Shown: positions 52,205 through 63,225 of the stretch, in pieces
Layout: each line of letters begins with the position of its first letter
Position numbering within the stretch: position 1 is the first letter of the stretch
Program-made: the position numbers and the translations under genes
Notes under the pieces: generated by a model
The model's input: the letters and a program-made list of their open reading frames with translations, nothing else
Told to the model about the DNA's origin: nothing
Databases searched by the model: none
NCBI GenBank assembly: GCA_965207225.1
Contig: CBDBLV010000005.1
Location: 96,001 to 160,000 of the forward strand
Reading direction: 5' to 3'
DNA: 64,000 nucleotides
From: Dehalococcoidia bacterium
Lineage (GTDB): Bacteria; Chloroflexota; Dehalococcoidia; Plut-88900

Positions 52205-52637
52205 CGCTAACGTCCCCATCTACGCAGCTGGCGGGGACCATCCCCTCAAGGAGCCATGCGCCCAGATTCTCCGCACGGTGGCCGAGGACCCGAGGCCCTT
52301 CGTAACCGACTCTGAGGTCCTCCAGGAACTGCTGCACCGCTACTTGGCCTTAAGTCGCTGGGAGTTGGGCCGGGAGGTTCTTAGGGCCTTCGCCGAGGCC
52401 ATGCAGGGCCGGATCGAACCTGTCCATTCGGAAGACATACTTGATGCATCTAAGCTAGCGGATCGTCATCCTACTGTCAGTGCCCGCGACCTGGTGCACG
52501 CCGCGGTGATGCAACGGGTGGGAGCCGACCGCATCATTTCGGCTGACACCGACTTTGACCAATTGGAGGGTATTGACAGACTTGACCCTACAAGTGTTAG
52601 TCAAATGGAGACACCAAGTAAGGAGAAACAGCAATGA
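52182..52637 (+). CDS. vapC: VapC PIN-domain toxin
   Basis: FLDANVPIYA, EVLQE, ARDLVHAA, SADTDFD. Confidence 0.9.
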   Translation: MSPAVFLDANVPIYAAGGDHPLKEPCAQILRTVAEDPRPFVTDSEVLQELLHRYLALSRWELGREVLRAFAEAMQGRIEPVHSEDILDASKLADRHPTVSARDLVHAAVMQRVGADRIISADTDFDQLEGIDRLDPTSVSQMETPSKEKQQ

Positions 52638-52828
52638 CGGCCGAAGACAGAATGGCGCGGCTTGAAGGGATAGTCAACGAGTTGCAGAATCGAGTCACTG
52701 AGCTAGAGGAGCTTCTTGGGGTTGGTCCCTCAGGCTTCAACCCGAATCTCGATGAAATAGTCTACGAGGCGCTTCTACTCGGTAATAGACGTGGCATGGA
52801 ACTCCCTCCGCATGAGCACAGACGGTAG
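52634..52828 (+). CDS. Small hypothetical protein
   Basis: AAGGAG RBS, ATGA overlap, N-terminal coiled coil. Confidence 0.5.
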   Translation: MTAEDRMARLEGIVNELQNRVTELEELLGVGPSGFNPNLDEIVYEALLLGNRRGMELPPHEHRR

Positions 52829-53608
52829 GAAGAGGCTTTACGTCTTGTTCATCACTGTACGGAGAGGATGAGTCCGATAGAGCCGATGAGTGCACGAGGT
52901 TGTGTAGGGTGAGCCATGCCCAACAGCTCCCAACTGTTTGCTTCATCCGCTCTGCACATTCGTGATCGACGGTTCTCTAGCCAGCTCCCGGCGAACGGCG
53001 GCAACCCATTCCCGGTCAACACTCAGAGCCTCTCCTACCGCATTATCGATTCGTTGACGCACCGGGTCCTCGTGCACATGCGGGAATGGCAGAAGCACTT
53101 TCTCGCTCTCCTCGTCGAATCGGCTGTTTAGCAACTCTGCCTCAGCCTTCCCCAGGTCGGAGAAGTCAGGCACGGGCAAAGACCGCAAGGTGTCCAGGGA
53201 GAAGGACGGATACGACGGCACGCGATTGTCGCGTTCTCCGAGCAAGGCCAGGATGCCAAGCGTGGAGTTGAGCCACATGCACAGTGCCTTGGCGATGTCA
53301 GGATCTTTGGGTCTGCATGGCGTCCAGATAGACCCCACCGCCCGTTCCGGGAGCATCACCGCGGCCACCCGCGCGAGGTTCAGCCTAAGCCTATGTGCGA
53401 GCAGCAGGTCGCTCCGCTGTTCCCAGTAGCTATCGGCTAGATGGCGGCGTGGAGCTTTCGGCTCAATGTACACGTCGGTTTCTGTGCGCATGGACTGCGT
53501 TACGCCCGTCTTGTGATGCCAGAGCGCACGACGGCCTTGGGCAGTTGGCATGGACTGATAAGTGTAAGCGTCACGTATTCGTTGTCCGGCAGGGCCTACC
53601 TCCGCTAG

Positions 53609-54832
53609 CAGGGCAATCGCATCTTATTGAGCAAGGACCTTGAGTAGGTAGTCATTGTCCCAGGCGGCGTCTTTTCGCTTACCTGCGAGGCTGCGCTTTG
53701 TGGACTTTTCGGCCTTGAGCAGATTCAGAGCCATGCGGCGCAGCACGGAGAAGTTCTCGGCCCCGTTCCCGCTACGCACCCGGCTCCCGTCCTCATTGAA
53801 CGTCACGTCCAGCGACCAGTGCAACTGGTTTTCTATACTCCAGTGACTGCGCACCGCGCTGAGTAAGGCACTCGCATCGTTGGGCAGGCTCGATATGTAG
53901 TAGCGCGACTCCATCGTCGTCTTGTCTCCTATGCGTCGCTCACCTTCCACCATCGCCAGCGTAGTCAGCCCCGGCCATCGCCTGTACTCATCGACGTATC
54001 TGACGTTGCCGAGGTCAGACACCGTCCAGCAGCGGCGCGTCTCGACTCGTCCATGACCAGCATCCACCGTCTCGTGGTAGTCGTGGTCTATGTCGTCGAA
54101 GCAGGAGTTGCGGATGAGGTCGAAGACATCGACCACTCCCTCGTGCAGGAGTACCTGGTTTCTCTTGACCGCCAGCACGTAGTCGGCTTCCTCCTCCAGT
54201 ATCTTCGATGCAATCTCCCTCTGGCAGCCCATGGCATCTATCGTCACGATGCATCCCTCGACCGCGAGCATCTCAAGCAACCGGGGTATCGCCGTGATCT
54301 CGTTGGAGCGTCGGTCCACACTGGTCTGCCCGAGCGTCACGCCGCTCGCACAGGCCCAAGCACTGACCATGTGGATAGCGCCCTTCCCTACGTATCGATC
54401 GTGCGAGCGTCGCACCGCCTTGCCGTCTATGGCCACCACATCACCTTGCAGAACCTCACTGACTGCCAGCACCCACTCGGTGAAACAGCGCTCGAACTGC
54501 TCAGCGTCCAGCTTGGCGAACACCCTGCCGAAGGTGTCGTGCGAGGGAATGCCGTTGGGCAGTTCCAGCATACTGCGCAACCATCCTTCCTTGCGCCTGC
54601 CGAACGCTTCCACGTCTACCCAACTGTCCGCTCCCGCTATGGCGCCGCAGAGCGCAATAGTAAGAATGTCGATCAACTCGTGGCGTTTGGTTCGGTCTAT
54701 ACGCGGGTCATCGAGGCTGCTAAAATGCTCCGTAAGCGAAGCAGGGCTACTATTGTCCATCGGCCAATCTCCTCACTGAGACTGACCCCAATTTTATACT
54801 CTGCCTAAACTAATTTAGATGCAATTGCCCTG
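53609..54832 (-). mobile_element. ISAs1-family insertion sequence, 1224 bp
   Basis: TIRs CAGGGCAATCGCATCT / AGATGCAATTGCCCTG; 10-bp TSD CCTCCGCTAG (53599-53608, 54833-54842). Confidence 0.95.
53624..54760 (-). CDS. ISAs1 transposase
   Basis: DPR, PSHDTFGRV, AIDGK, TIDAMGCQ, HWSIENQLHW. Confidence 0.95.
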   Translation of the reverse strand: MDNSSPASLTEHFSSLDDPRIDRTKRHELIDILTIALCGAIAGADSWVDVEAFGRRKEGWLRSMLELPNGIPSHDTFGRVFAKLDAEQFERCFTEWVLAVSEVLQGDVVAIDGKAVRRSHDRYVGKGAIHMVSAWACASGVTLGQTSVDRRSNEITAIPRLLEMLAVEGCIVTIDAMGCQREIASKILEEEADYVLAVKRNQVLLHEGVVDVFDLIRNSCFDDIDHDYHETVDAGHGRVETRRCWTVSDLGNVRYVDEYRRWPGLTTLAMVEGERRIGDKTTMESRYYISSLPNDASALLSAVRSHWSIENQLHWSLDVTFNEDGSRVRSGNGAENFSVLRRMALNLLKAEKSTKRSLAGKRKDAAWDNDYLLKVLAQ

Positions 54833-56913
54833 CCTCCGCTAGTTTGCTCAGTGGCACGATGGGGACCCCGCCGATGGACTCCCCTTCGCTGAGCGTTCGG
54901 TAGCCTTCCACCAAGAACGGCGAGAGGAAGTTGACAGCGAACCAGTCGCCTCGGCCGATGCGTTCGGAATCGACCCGCTGGACGGTGAAGTCGTAGGAGT
55001 CTTGGCTGCCAGCATCGTCTGTGCGTTCAATCCTCGCGGCGGTGTCTAGGGCCGCCAAGGGAGTCGCCGGATTCCGGGCCAGATTGACCACCCGCGTCCG
55101 TGGCTTAGGCGCGTCCTGCTTCCACCGGCGGCAGACCAGGAGAATCTCCCCGATGCTGGTGTTCTCGGAGAAGAAGATGCGGCTCGGGTCATGGGAGGAG
55201 ACGATGGTGTCAATGTGGAAGCGCCGGGCGAGGTACTGGCGTGTCTGCCGCGCCGCCGGATTTGTTGCCATGACTGTGGGCAGAATAGTGGCAAACGTCG
55301 TCGCTTCTGAATCGCTGCGCAGCAGCTTGTCTCCTAGAACCATAAACGCATTAGCAGAACCTGAGAGACGGGCAGCTTCCCTGTAGGGTTGGCCTTCCAT
55401 GATTTCCTTCTCCCGCCGTTTGATGGTCTGTTCGTCCTTACGGGTGAATTGGTCATGGCGCAGGCTGTCGCGGGTGAAGGGCGGGTTCATGATCACCAGG
55501 TCCATGGGCGGCGGAGGTTCCACCATGCCCACTTCACTCTCCACCTGCTGTGTGACGGACGGCCAGGCGGCGAGACGAGCCTGACTGTGAAGGAAATCCA
55601 GCGAGCCCAGATAGGGCTGACCGTCAAACACGCCCAACAGCGCCCGGTGGATGTTCATGCGGCTGAACTGGGTAGTGGGAGAAAGCATCCCAAGCGTGCT
55701 GGCGGCCATGTGGGTAGCCGTCAGGTTGACGTCGTAGCCCCAAAGGACATCTTCGACCAATAGCAGACCAAGAGCTTCCTCATCCTCAGCGTCGCCACGC
55801 CCTGAGGCAATTCGCAGGTCTCGAATCCGTTCTGAGACCGCCATGAGCAGGGTTCCGGTGCCGCAGGCGGGATCACAGATGCGCAGGGAAGCAACGTAGT
55901 TTGGGTCCGACCAGTCCCCGTCCGTGTCCCGTAGGGCAAGTGAGGAAAGGAGTGCTGCTGCTGCGGTGGATGTGTAGAAGGAGCCGTCGTACCGGGCGGT
56001 GTCCAGCACCCGGTGGAAGATGCGGCCCAGCAAGTCATGGCGCAGACCGGCGACCTGTTCAGAGATTCTCGCGACCGTCCTCGCCAGACCGCTTACCGCC
56101 TGGCCCATGTCAGGGTCCGACGATAGTGCCGAAAGTGCTGTCCTGCCCGTCTCGAACACGGGGCGGTAGTCCACGGCCAGGATGCCGCGCCAAGCTTCAT
56201 GAAAAGCGCTCAGGGGCGATTCCTGGTCCGCGCAAGCCGCCGCGCTGTCCGGCGGCCATGCCCCATCGAAGCCCTCCGGTGGTTTGGCAGGAAGATGGTT
56301 CTGGACCCGGTGGTGAAACAGCATGGCAGTTGCGACAACGAGCATGCCGCGCTTTGCAGCTACGAAATAGCTCTCACCGTCGCCGCGACCCTGTGCCTTG
56401 GTGGGAGGAAGGTCAAGTGCATAGGCCAATGCCCGGCGCACAGGAGATCTCATCCTCTGGACGACCGAGTCCAGGCCCTCGGAGAGCAGTTGCGCAGCAG
56501 CGTCCGCTCCACTGAGGGACCGTGGAGCCTGCCGGACCGCCTGCGCAAGCTGCGTTACATCGCCGGTAGCCCACTCACCCGGAGGTGCGCCCGGCGTCAG
56601 CCGGAGAGTCCAGGTGAGCGTTGCACTCGGCAGGTTCGCCTCGGTCACATCGTCGGGATAACAGACGGCAAACACCACCGTCGTCAGCTTCTGACGCAGA
56701 CGGGCATCGGCGTCCTTGATGGCCTGTGCTTTGCGGTGAAATCCGGTCTCCGCTTCGAGCACGACCCTTAGCCCATCCACATTCGCCACCACATCGATTC
56801 GCCTGCGCCCGGCGCGACGCTCGAAGTCCGACGGAACCCCCAAGCCGGTGAGGAGGTGGGCTAAGGCTCTGTTCTGGAAGTCCTCCTGCTTCTGCATAGC
56901 ACTCAACTCTGAG

Positions 56914-57324
56914 TTACCTATCCACTTCGAAGGGGTTGAGCAAGCCCACACCGAACTCCGCGAAATCACTGACGTTGCGGGTGACCACCACGAGCCTGTG
57001 GACCGTTGCCGTTGCCGCAATCATGGCGTCCTCGCTCAAGGTTTCCGACCTGTGGTGCATGAGCCGCGCCCATTCACGAAAGGCGGCTGCGTCCATCGGC
57101 AATACGCCGTAGGAGCCCAGGACCTTGTCCAGCCACGCTTCCAACTCCACGGCCTTTGCGTCATCCTGTTCACGGGTGATTTCGATGCCTACCTGAATCT
57201 CTCCAATCGTGACGGCGGACAAGAAGAGATTCTCCGCCGGCACGTCTGCGAGCCAGTCCAAGACGCCGCCGTGTGGACGGGGACGGCGCAACTCGGAGAC
57301 CACGTTGGTGTCGAGAAGGTACAT
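56914..57324 (-). CDS. vapC: VapC PIN-domain toxin
   Basis: MYLLDTNVVSELRR, DAMIAATA, VTRNVSDF. Confidence 0.92.
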   Translation of the reverse strand: MYLLDTNVVSELRRPRPHGGVLDWLADVPAENLFLSAVTIGEIQVGIEITREQDDAKAVELEAWLDKVLGSYGVLPMDAAAFREWARLMHHRSETLSEDAMIAATATVHRLVVVTRNVSDFAEFGVGLLNPFEVDR

Positions 57325-57329
57325 GGCAC

Positions 57330-57590
57330 TCACTCCATCGCCAAGGGTGCGCGGCGTCGGCGATGCTGACGAGGTGGAGTGAGGCTGTCGGTGCGTGCTT
57401 CGGATGCGAGAAGGAGTTCCTTCAGATCGGGCTTGCTCATGCGCTCCATCCTGCGCCACTGCGCGATGGGGAGGAGCACGGCTGTCTCGACACCACGTTT
57501 GGTGACGATCTGTGGCCCCTCGGCAAGGGCAGTATCCAGGAGTTCGCTGAACCGCATCTTGGCGTCATGGACAGGCCATTTCTTGCTCAT
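57330..57590 (-). CDS. Phd/YefM antitoxin
   Basis: WPVHDAKMRFSELL...GPQIVTKRG. Confidence 0.9.
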   Translation of the reverse strand: MSKKWPVHDAKMRFSELLDTALAEGPQIVTKRGVETAVLLPIAQWRRMERMSKPDLKELLLASEARTDSLTPPRQHRRRRAPLAME

Positions 57591-57731
57591 GTCCGACCTC
57601 CTCCGTTATGCTAATGACTAGCTATAAGTCTAGGTATAGTGACTGGGAACGTCAACCCGTCCTCGGTGGTGATCATCTGTACTGCCATGTGCCGGTTACC
57701 CACCAGGGTGCTGAATCGTTACGCTCGTACT

Positions 57732-59429
57732 ATGGCCCTTACCGACCAACAGCTACTCGAAGCCCTCAGCCGGATGCCCTTCGTCGACTCGACGGAGCTG
57801 GCGCTCATCCTGGGCGAGCCGCACGCGACCGTCCACCGCCGGCTATCCGAGTTGCTGGATGACGGCATCGTGGGGAGAGTCACCCACGGCACCGTGCACC
57901 TGCCGTCGAGCGGGAGACACTGCCTGACGGCCAGTGGCATCAGAGAGGCCGCCGACTTCCTGGACTTCGACACGCCCTCGGACTTCGTGCGGGCCTACCC
58001 CATGTCCAGGGAGTGGCTTGCGCTGCTCATTCGCCGGATGGACGCGGTGGCCACCGTCTACCGCCTGGCCGCCACCATGTCCCCCGGCATCGGCGGGCAA
58101 CGCTCCCGCGTGGAGTTTCACCGCAGGGGGCGCTTCGACGCCACCATCACCCTTCACGACGGCCGAGACTTCGGCATCGTGCGCCAGGGTCTTGCGCTAC
58201 GGCGCCGTTCTCTCTACGACCGGCTGAGGGCCATAGCGCAGTACGACTACGAGCGACGCCCCGGAACCGTCCTGATCCTAGTGCCCAGCGCATGGGAGCT
58301 GCGGAGGACGGGGAGGTTCTGCATCGTCAACGGTCTGCATGACTGCTACGTCGCCGTGGAGTCCCGGGACACGCTGGAGAGCCGTGACCTGCGCCTCTGG
58401 TGCGAACTATCGGGGCTGACCGGACTCACCTATCACACGCTGGAGGGCACCATCGCTCAGGCCAGCCCCGGCGGAGGGGCTGCCGCCCAGTCGCCGGACC
58501 GCAAACGGGCGTCCATACCCAACCCCGAGCGGATGGCGCAGGATGCCCCGGCCTTCGGCCTCAGCCCTGCCGAGAAGCGGACGCTGGACCTCGTCACCGA
58601 CCACCCGATGATCCCCCGCGAGCACCTTGCCGTCTGGCTCAGCGTCTCCGAGGGAAGACTCAGCCAGATGATGCGCAGCCTGGTGAAGACCTGGGGCCTC
58701 GTGGAACAGCAAGGAAAGCGTAGCGACAGGCGTTACACCCTGTCCGCCGAGGGCATTCGCTACGTCACGCACAGGGACCGCGCCGAGCTTCCCACCACGC
58801 GAGGCATCTGGAGCACGGAGTTGACGACGGACAAAGAGGGACGCACCCGTCACGTGGGACACCGCATCGAGACGTGGGCGAGGCAGACGAGGCACGCCGA
58901 CGGCATCACCTGGTTCCTCTCGAAGCTGGCAGCGGAGGCCCGCACCGACCCCGACAGCAAGCTTCTGTGGTCCGTACCTACGGCCCGTTCCGACCGCACC
59001 TACAACTGGGGGGCTTCGGCCATCGCCCCCGACGCAATCGGGCGGATGACCACAGACGGCATTCGGATACCCTTCTACTTCGAGTACGAGTTGCGCGCCC
59101 GCCACCCCAGGGGAGTCCGTGCCCGCCTGAGACCCTACACGATGTACTACCACTCTCAGGAGCCTGGTGACGACCTGCCGCCGTTCCCCTTCACGCTGTT
59201 CGTCGTTGACACCGAGGAGGTCGAGACAACCTACGCCCGCACCGCCGCCGGCATGACCCTGATGACCGTGCCGGTCCTGGTGTCCTGCATGTCCGTCCTG
59301 TCAACCAACGGAATACTCGGCCCGTCATGGCGTCCGTTGTGGGAGCCTGAGTCTCCCCGACTGCCTCTGTCAGCCCTGCGCAACTACCAGTGGGATTCCC
59401 TGCACCACACGATGCGCCCTGTCCGATAG
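57732..59429 (+). CDS. Replication-relaxation-like protein (tandem wHTH/nuclease-like units)
   Basis: PMIPREHLA...YTLSAEG...APDAIG...YFEYELRA; YPMSREW..LLIRRMDAVA matches YPVSKQW..LLAERMDAVA of the 38303 paralog. Confidence 0.65.
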   Translation: MALTDQQLLEALSRMPFVDSTELALILGEPHATVHRRLSELLDDGIVGRVTHGTVHLPSSGRHCLTASGIREAADFLDFDTPSDFVRAYPMSREWLALLIRRMDAVATVYRLAATMSPGIGGQRSRVEFHRRGRFDATITLHDGRDFGIVRQGLALRRRSLYDRLRAIAQYDYERRPGTVLILVPSAWELRRTGRFCIVNGLHDCYVAVESRDTLESRDLRLWCELSGLTGLTYHTLEGTIAQASPGGGAAAQSPDRKRASIPNPERMAQDAPAFGLSPAEKRTLDLVTDHPMIPREHLAVWLSVSEGRLSQMMRSLVKTWGLVEQQGKRSDRRYTLSAEGIRYVTHRDRAELPTTRGIWSTELTTDKEGRTRHVGHRIETWARQTRHADGITWFLSKLAAEARTDPDSKLLWSVPTARSDRTYNWGASAIAPDAIGRMTTDGIRIPFYFEYELRARHPRGVRARLRPYTMYYHSQEPGDDLPPFPFTLFVVDTEEVETTYARTAAGMTLMTVPVLVSCMSVLSTNGILGPSWRPLWEPESPRLPLSALRNYQWDSLHHTMRPVR

Positions 59430-59713
59430 GGGGACTATCCTGTAGGGGAATAGATTAGCGACGATACGTCGCTATCTGCCCTCCGTGCGGTCTGGGGGTA
59501 CAAAACTGGCATATCCGGCCTGATTTCGAGGGGATTCGGGGGGATTTCAGGGGCCGACTCACCTCTGATTCAGCTACAAAATGGGGTTTGACGTGTCGCC
59601 TGACCGGTCAGGGACACAAATGAGACTATGCGCTAAAATAACGGGCAGCGGAATTGCACTCTTATCACCCCTTGTCCAGGGGTGACGTATCAGCCGATTA
59701 GAGGTGAAAACCG

Positions 59714-60178
59714 ATGGACGAACCCGTTAGGTGGGTGACGAAGGCGGAGGCCGCGGAGGAACTGGAGATATCCCTCTCTACCCTTGACCGGATGATCCGG
59801 CGAGGAGAGGTCGAGGTTCGCAGGGAGGGTCGTCGGGTCTACGTGCGGATGCACGGTCCGGAGTACCTGAGCGACGAGGAGCTGCTGCATCGGTCCATCG
59901 CCAGGGAGAGAGAGCTTGAGCGGACCGTGCGGGAGTTGGATCAGAGCGTGTCGGAGTGGAAGCTCAGAGCCTCCGAGCTGGAGCGTGAGCGGGACGAGGC
60001 CAGGGAGTCGGCGGCCACCGCCAGAGGGCCGTACGTGAAGCTTCAAATAGAGCACCGGAAAGAGGTCTCCGCCCACAGGACGACGAAATGGATGCTCAAC
60101 GTCTTCAGTTTGGTCGCCTTCGTGCTGCTGGCGCTGCTGATCGGCAGCAACCTCCTGTGGTGGTTCGTGCTGAGGTAG
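59714..60178 (+). CDS. Excisionase-like HTH + coiled coil + C-terminal TM protein
   Basis: WVTKAEAAEELEISLSTLDRMIRRGEV; GAGGTG RBS. Confidence 0.7.
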   Translation: MDEPVRWVTKAEAAEELEISLSTLDRMIRRGEVEVRREGRRVYVRMHGPEYLSDEELLHRSIARERELERTVRELDQSVSEWKLRASELERERDEARESAATARGPYVKLQIEHRKEVSAHRTTKWMLNVFSLVAFVLLALLIGSNLLWWFVLR

Positions 60179-60853
60179 GGTCAGAGGCGCTCCCCGCAGT
60201 GTGGCCCAGTTTTGCATCTAGGGCCTGTTTCTCGCCGGAACACGGCCTTTCATCGAAGTGTTCACTGGAGTTGCCCGGCACGCCCCGAAATCGGCCACTT
60301 TGCATAGCTGAAGTGGCGTAGGATGTCCGCTTCTCCCCCAGGTCCCGTTTTCGCGTACTCCCCCGCCACTTCGGTCGGCGCCAAATGAATGGGCCAACCT
60401 GGGCCATCGTCCCCGGCGGTCAGGAGGCCACGGGAGACAGGCTTCAAGACCCCGAGCCACCGCCAGCGTACCCCGCCGCGCGGTTGACTTGTCACCGTAC
60501 AGAGGTCCCGGCCAGCACCGCGTCAGCACCCCTTCCGAGGGACAGAGAGCGCCGTTCGCGCCGCGTCCTGCACCCCCCGTCCATCGCCTTATGCGCCCCG
60601 TCTTCCGTCGCTACCACCGATTTCCCGTCCTATCGTGCCCCCCACCGTTGAGCGGATTTTGAGCCGGATGACCTGAACGCACTCTTTCAACGAAGTGTTC
60701 ACCGGTTACGTCCTATAGAGGGTCTTTTGCGCCTATTTCAGCTTTGCCGCGACCGGCTTGTCGTTACCCAAGATCTTTGAGCCAGGTTACCCACGAACAT
60801 TGAGCCACCCTGAACGCCGATGATACGGATTATGACAGGATGCTATCGGCGGT

Positions 60854-61648
60854 TCAATCACCTCCCTTCTTGCCGAGGATTTTGGCCACTTTGCCCAGTA
60901 GGGCGCGGTGAGGAGAGAGCCTCTCCCGGTAGCTGGTGCCCTCGATGACGATCTGGTAGCTGGTGTTGGCCAGACGGTCCAGGGCGCTGTTGCCCAGGAT
61001 GGGATCGTTGAAGAGGCCGAGCCACTCCTCGATGGCGCGGTTGGAGGTGATGACGAAGCTGGAGGCCCGATGCTTGCCGACGATGAGCTGGTAGAGGTCC
61101 GATGACTGTTGTGCGTTGAGACGGTGCAGGCCCAGGTCGTCGAGGATGAGCAGGTCGGGGGAGAGGAAGGAGCGGAAGGCTTTGTCCACCGAGTTGTCCA
61201 CCCTGGCTTGGGACATGGCTTTGAAGAAGTCGTATGCGTGGATGAAGCGGACGGAGTATCCGGCTCTGACGGCGGCGTAGCCGAGGGCCTGGGCCAGGAA
61301 GCTCTTGCCGACGCCCGCCGGTCCCATGAGCAGGACGTGCTCGTGCCTGGGGATGAAGTCCAGGGAGAAGGCGGCGTCAAGGAGGCGGCGGTCCAGGGTG
61401 ATTTCGGACGTCCAGTCGAAGTCCTCCAGGCGGCAGGTCTCCTCGAAGCCGGCCCGGTTCAGGCGGGTCTCGATGCGCCGGTTCTCCCTGCGGCTGACCT
61501 CGTCGGCTAGGATGATCTCCAGGAAGGCGGCATAGTCCAACTGGTCCCTTCGGGCCAGGGCGATGCGCTCGGGCAGGGTGTCCAGCATGCCGCTGAGCTT
61601 GAGGGTCTTGAGCAGCGGGGCCAGATCGACGTTGCGGTTGCGGGTCAT
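60854..61648 (-). CDS. istB: IS21 helper ATPase IstB
   Basis: GPAGVGKS, LLILDDLG, ITSNR, LDRL. Confidence 0.95.
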   Translation of the reverse strand: MTRNRNVDLAPLLKTLKLSGMLDTLPERIALARRDQLDYAAFLEIILADEVSRRENRRIETRLNRAGFEETCRLEDFDWTSEITLDRRLLDAAFSLDFIPRHEHVLLMGPAGVGKSFLAQALGYAAVRAGYSVRFIHAYDFFKAMSQARVDNSVDKAFRSFLSPDLLILDDLGLHRLNAQQSSDLYQLIVGKHRASSFVITSNRAIEEWLGLFNDPILGNSALDRLANTSYQIVIEGTSYRERLSPHRALLGKVAKILGKKGGD

Positions 61649-63225
61649 AGCGTAACTCCTTCGGTTGGGTGATGGCCGTTGACCAGGGCGAAGACGGAGC
61701 CGGGCCTGGCGAAGCGCCCCGGCGGTATGAGGTCGGCAAGGGGCGGCGCATCCTGCTGCTCCAGGGCTTCAACCAGGATGCGCTCGACGCGGTGCACGTC
61801 GATGAGGTCCACGTCCAAGGCCTTGCGGCAGGCGTCGTTCAGCCGGTCGGGGGTGTAGCGCTGGGCGAGGCGGAGCAGCTTGTGTCCCTGCCGCACCTTG
61901 GCCCAAGGCGTGGGGCCTTCGAAGAGCCGGTCGGCGAAGGCGGCCACCGCCTCTCCCAGCTCCGCCGCGCTCTGCTTGATCTTGTCGGGCCCTCGCAGGG
62001 TGTAGGCGATGAACTCCTTTGGGTAGTCGTCGGTGTCGGTGGAGCGTTTGCCCCTGGGCTGACGGGGATGGACCTTGATCAGCTTGCCCCGGTGGTAGAT
62101 GCGCACCAGCTTGCTGTCCAGCGCGATCTCCACCTGCTGCCCCGGAGGGCACAGGGCCGACGGCACCGAGTAGAGGGCGTGCTGGCAGGTCACGTGGTGG
62201 TCGCGCTGCACCTTGGCGTTGCGCCAGCGGGTAACCTCGTAGGGATCGCCGTCCCAGGGCAGCAACGTCTGGCGCTCCTCTGTGTCGAAGACCTCCACGG
62301 GCTTGCGCCTGGTGGTGCCGTGCACCCGCTGTCCGGCCACCTCACGGCACCAGTGGAGCGCTTCCTTCCGCATGTGAGGCAGGTCCCTGAAGGAGGCTCC
62401 CTTGAAGAAGCGCTCTCTCACGTACTGGACTCCCCGCTCCACCTTGGGCTTATCCCTGGGGTGGCGCACCCGGGCCGGGTCGGTGATGAAGCCCCGGCGC
62501 TGCGAGTACTCCAGGAAGCCCCTGGTCAGCCTGGGGTGCAGGGCGTCGGCCCCGGCCACCGCCGCCGGGAAGTTGTCGATGACCAGGTACTTGGGTATGC
62601 CGTCGAAGAAAGCCCAGGCCGCCTCCAGTCCGGCGACCACGTCCTCCAGCTTCTGCCCGTGGGTGGGCCAGACGAAGCTGTGCCGCGAGTAGGCCAGCAC
62701 CACGATCAGCGCCCACACCGTCCGGCGGCGTCCCGTCTCCGGGTCCTCCAGCGGCCCCAGCCGACCGAAGTCCAGCTCCGCCACCTCGCCCGGAGGACTC
62801 TCCTCCATCCGCACCGTCCGAAGACTGCGGCCTCGCCAGTTGCGGCGGGCCACGAAGCGCTGTAACGACGAATAGGGCACATCGCAGCCCCGCTCCAAGA
62901 GCAACTCCCGGATGCGGGTCAGTTGCAGCCGGTCCCCGATGAGCCACTGCTGAATCTGGTCGGCCCAGGGGGACAGCCTCTCCTCTATGGGCATCTTGGT
63001 CTGCCGCGGTCCCGCACGGCCGATGGCCGCCAGCTTGCTCAGCTGCTCCTCGCTGGGACCCGGTCCGTCCCGGGACAGCCCCAACCTCTCCGCCGAGGAG
63101 ATGTATTTGACCACCGTGTTCCGGGACAGGCCCGTCCCAGTCGCTATGTGGCGCTGGCTCTCTCCAGCCTGCCAGCGCCGGATGACTTCTTCTATCTCCA
63201 CTCTGAGTACCTCCTTGTAGGCCAT
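61645..63225 (-). CDS. istA: IS21 transposase IstA
   Basis: PGEVAELDFG, IDN, PRDKPKVERGV, HGTTRRKP. Confidence 0.95.
   Translation of the reverse strand: MAYKEVLRVEIEEVIRRWQAGESQRHIATGTGLSRNTVVKYISSAERLGLSRDGPGPSEEQLSKLAAIGRAGPRQTKMPIEERLSPWADQIQQWLIGDRLQLTRIRELLLERGCDVPYSSLQRFVARRNWRGRSLRTVRMEESPPGEVAELDFGRLGPLEDPETGRRRTVWALIVVLAYSRHSFVWPTHGQKLEDVVAGLEAAWAFFDGIPKYLVIDNFPAAVAGADALHPRLTRGFLEYSQRRGFITDPARVRHPRDKPKVERGVQYVRERFFKGASFRDLPHMRKEALHWCREVAGQRVHGTTRRKPVEVFDTEERQTLLPWDGDPYEVTRWRNAKVQRDHHVTCQHALYSVPSALCPPGQQVEIALDSKLVRIYHRGKLIKVHPRQPRGKRSTDTDDYPKEFIAYTLRGPDKIKQSAAELGEAVAAFADRLFEGPTPWAKVRQGHKLLRLAQRYTPDRLNDACRKALDVDLIDVHRVERILVEALEQQDAPPLADLIPPGRFARPGSVFALVNGHHPTEGVTL

Larger units (their letters stand above)
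52943..56897 (-). pseudogene. Type IIG-like fused restriction endonuclease/N6-adenine methyltransferase interrupted by ISAs1
   Basis: RIDVV...LEAE, DPACGTGT, NPPF. Removing the IS and one TSD joins LSKLAE to VGPAGQ in frame (906 aa). Confidence 0.85.
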
